64,000 nt of DNA, from the NCBI RefSeq assembly GCF_009914755.1, contig NC_060928.1. The stretch is one strand, 5' to 3'. How positions within the stretch are numbered: the first letter of the stretch is position 1; every line of letters starts with the position of its first letter. Source of the DNA: the human T2T-CHM13v2.0 reference genome, Homo sapiens. The notes beneath the pieces were generated by a model. That model did no database searches. It was not told the origin of the DNA and saw only the letters and a list, made by a program, of their open reading frames with translations. The position numbers and the translations under genes are program-made. Below are positions 60,435 to 64,000 of this stretch, piece by piece.

Positions 60435-60720
60435 GATTCTGTATGATACCATAATGGTGGATACATGTCATTATCATTCACCCAAACTCATAGAGTGCAC
60501 AACACCGAGAGTGAACCCTCATGTAACCTATGGACTTTGGGTGATTATGATGCATGAGTATATCTGTCAGTTGTAACAAATGTACCTCTCTGGTAGGGTA
60601 TGTTCATATGGGGGAGGCTTACCTGCATGTGTGGGAACTGGGGCTATTTGGGAAATCTCTGTACCTTCCGCTCAATTTTGCTGTGAACCTAAAACTGCTC
60701 TAAAAAATAAAGTCTTAAAC
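60435..60720 (+). mobile_element. L1MC-type 3' end
   Basis: GTGAACCCTCATGTAACCTATGGACTTTGGG...CTCAATTTTGCTGTGAACCTAAAACTGCTCTAAAAAATAAAG. Confidence 0.85.
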
Positions 60721-60844
60721 CCAACAACAAAAACCAATGCAATGTAAGGTTTTCCCATTCTCTGTTGGCATGCTCACATTATTGAAAATTTTTCAATATT
60801 TCAAAATTTTTCAATAAGAAAAATTTTCAGGAATATTTTTCTGA

Positions 60845-61100
60845 GTCAACAAATATTTTAAAGCATTTATTATGTGCAACGCATGATGCTAGGTATTGTT
60901 GGGGACTCATAACTGCATTAGCCATAGCCTCTACTCAATATCCTTAGGGAGACAGACACATATTAACTTTGACACAAACTCGATTTTGTTAAGAGGTTAA
61001 ATCAAAATACAAAGGGAATGTAGGAGACAGAAAAGTGAATTTCAGTGGCAGGCACCCGGAAAGCCATCTTAGTGTGATGCGTTAATAAAAAATATAAAAC
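60845..61100 (-). mobile_element. L2 3' fragment
   Basis: TCAACAAATATTTTAAAGCATTTATTATGTGC...GCTAGGTATTG. Confidence 0.55.
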
Positions 61101-61158
61101 ATCATGTTTGAACAGGCAGGTTTGAAGGAGTTGGTGGGGGAGGGTATAGAGGATAGTA

Positions 61159-61198
61159 TTAGGTTGGTGTAAAAGTAATTGTGGTTTTTGTCATTAAA
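61159..61198. mobile_element. MADE1 half element
   Basis: TTAGGTTGGTGTAAAAGTAATTGTGGTTTTTGTCATTA. Confidence 0.75.
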
Positions 61199-61204
61199 AT
61201 AACA

Positions 61205-62014
<810 letters not shown>

Positions 62015-63879
62015 TTACTTTGTTGGAAACAGGAGCCAATAATGTTTGTGGATCTGATGATTAGAAAGTCCTCTCAGGTCTTGGAAAACATGACCAGATC
62101 CTGTGCTTGTAGACTCATGTGTTTATGATACCTCTATTTGGTGCCACTCCCTGAAGTTGTACCCCAATCCCACCCACACCTCCTTTCTTAAAGGCAGTCT
62201 TTTCCACATGTTTTGAGGCCTGGAGAACAAAGGTGATGCGAGCTTAAAAAAAAATTAAACCAAAATTATTTCTCACCCAGTTACATGCTACAAACCAGCT
62301 TTCCTAGGTTTGCTCACACAAACTCCAAAAAAGTAATGGGGTAAGGGGAAGAGGTTTACAAGGTCAGAAGAAAACATCAAACCACATGAGACTTGATTCA
62401 CTTCCATGGAACTGGTTTTGCTCCCCTGCTACAATATCCTGTAAAATTGTAAATAAAGCATTGGAACTAACAAATCAATCACAAAGGGACCTTCCTGCTG
62501 CCAACCCATCCTCTGGAGAACGAAATCCTGAGGGCAGATTTAGGGAATTGAAATCAGAATCTGTGCAGTTGCCAAAGTGCCCTGCCTTGGCCTGCCAAGT
62601 TAAATGTGAACTTTTGTGAACTTTCTTTGCAGCAGTTAGAATCAGCTTCTTTTGTGCAATGCAATTCCAATTTATGGCATTATTGAAGATAGGGTTTCAG
62701 GGAAATACACCAGGCCAGTGCATTTGTTTGGCCCATGAAGCTTAATTGCCAATGTTAAATCTATGGCCCTGGCAATCTTCTCTGATTAAAAAGCCACTGG
62801 GAGCCCAGTTTGGGGCCACTCTTCTTTATTACTGTTCTTCTGTAGAAAGTCGAAGTATTCATCCCATCGTGGGAGTTAAAAGCCCAAGTCAATTATTAAT
62901 TGCATTTGTTTTCTTTCTGAATTAACCCATGTGACCCGTGGCATTTGCACCTTGTGTTAACCATTAGACACACAAATGAGCCCTGTATTTATTTGGGTGG
63001 CAGAGTTCTAATGCCTGTTGTTTACTTTATAGTGAGGGAACTGTGCAATCAGTAGGACTTTTCCAGGAAGAGAAACAGGGGTCCTGCCTTCCGTCCTCTG
63101 GTTTGAGGAAGCAGCTCTGTTTGCCTCTCTTTGCTCCCTTACTCAGGCTGCTCACAGCGAAGCCTTTCAGTGTCTGATATAAAAGTCCCTTTGATTGTGC
63201 GGTGGCCACAGGGTCTGGCTGTGGGTCTGGGTGGCTTGCAGGCGCATCACTAACCAAAACTAGATCCAGCAGAGGCGGCTTCACACTTCTCATGAATTCC
63301 GGCATCTTTTTTGTGTTAAAGATCTACTTTTCTTACAGCAAATATTATGTATGTTTTTACTCTTTGAACTCTTTCCATACTTAATGGAGGTGGAGGCGGG
63401 GCAGTTTGTAGATGTACTCTTGCCAAGTTATTAGTTTTAGATAAAGTCATCTCAGGTTTGAGCAAGAAAATGAAAGCCTCTGATTATCAGATTCTCTGGA
63501 ACTTCTCTTCCTGCCAGAAACAATGTTGAGTCTGGCCCTCTCTCTCCCAGCTGCTTTCATTGTATTGCCTGAAATGGTATTTTTTAACTGTTTCTAATGC
63601 CAGTGAAACGAGGCATTAGAGGAGGAGAAGGGGAGTGGTTGGGTGGCACGCTTAGTTCATAATTGTCTGGGTTAGGAAAGAATCTCTTAATGAGAATTGG
63701 ATGGGGAATTAGGATCCTGTGGTGGGGGGCAGGGGTTTGTATTTGTGTGGGAAAGGAGTTAAAGACTTTGTTTTATTTCATTGCTTCAATTTGCTTTGGG
63801 TTGTTATTTAGTTTCTTTTGAGATTTACATAACATTAAATGAGGATGTGGCTTTTTAAAATGTTTTTTGAAAATGAGCC

Positions 63880-64000
63880 TGTCTTAATCCATTCAGGCTA
63901 CTAGCATAGAATGCTATAAACTAGGTAGCTTATGAACAATAGAAACTTATTTCTGACAGCTCTTGAGGCTGAGAAGTCAAAGATCATGTTTCCGGCAGGT
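63880..64000 (-). mobile_element. MLT1A-type LTR, truncated by the window end
   Basis: TGTCTTAATCCATTCAGGCT...AGAAACTTATTTCT...GAGGCTGAGAAGTCAAAGATCA. Confidence 0.75.

Noticed and set aside
60778-60830. AT-rich palindrome TATTGAAAA-T-TTTTCAATA and echoes
   Set aside because: Low complexity and only 9-bp arms; easily arises by chance or slippage.

Overview
This is primate (human-like) non-coding genomic DNA, either intergenic or intronic. I found no supportable protein-coding gene, RNA gene or CRISPR array. The listed ORFs are short and come from Alu, microsatellite, LTR or chance frames. The window holds about 32 Alu copies or monomers (J, S and Y types, many with clear TSDs), many MIR, L2 and L3 relics, and old L1M fragments. 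It also has a complete solo ERV9 LTR12 (21468-22814, GAAT TSD), THE1 and MLT1 MaLR LTRs, an LTR26-like solo LTR, DNA-transposon relics (MER47A, MER96-like, MER5A, MADE1) and several microsatellites. I see no new biological system. The observations most worth checking are a 116-bp dispersed duplication (92% identical) spanning the LTR12, a poly(A)-less Alu with a 4-bp junction duplication, several perfect hairpins and patchwork micro-duplications, a strong CTCF motif, and a few repeat-free enhancer-like islands. Subfamily names come from recalled consensus sequences, not from a search. Boundaries of old repeats are approximate.
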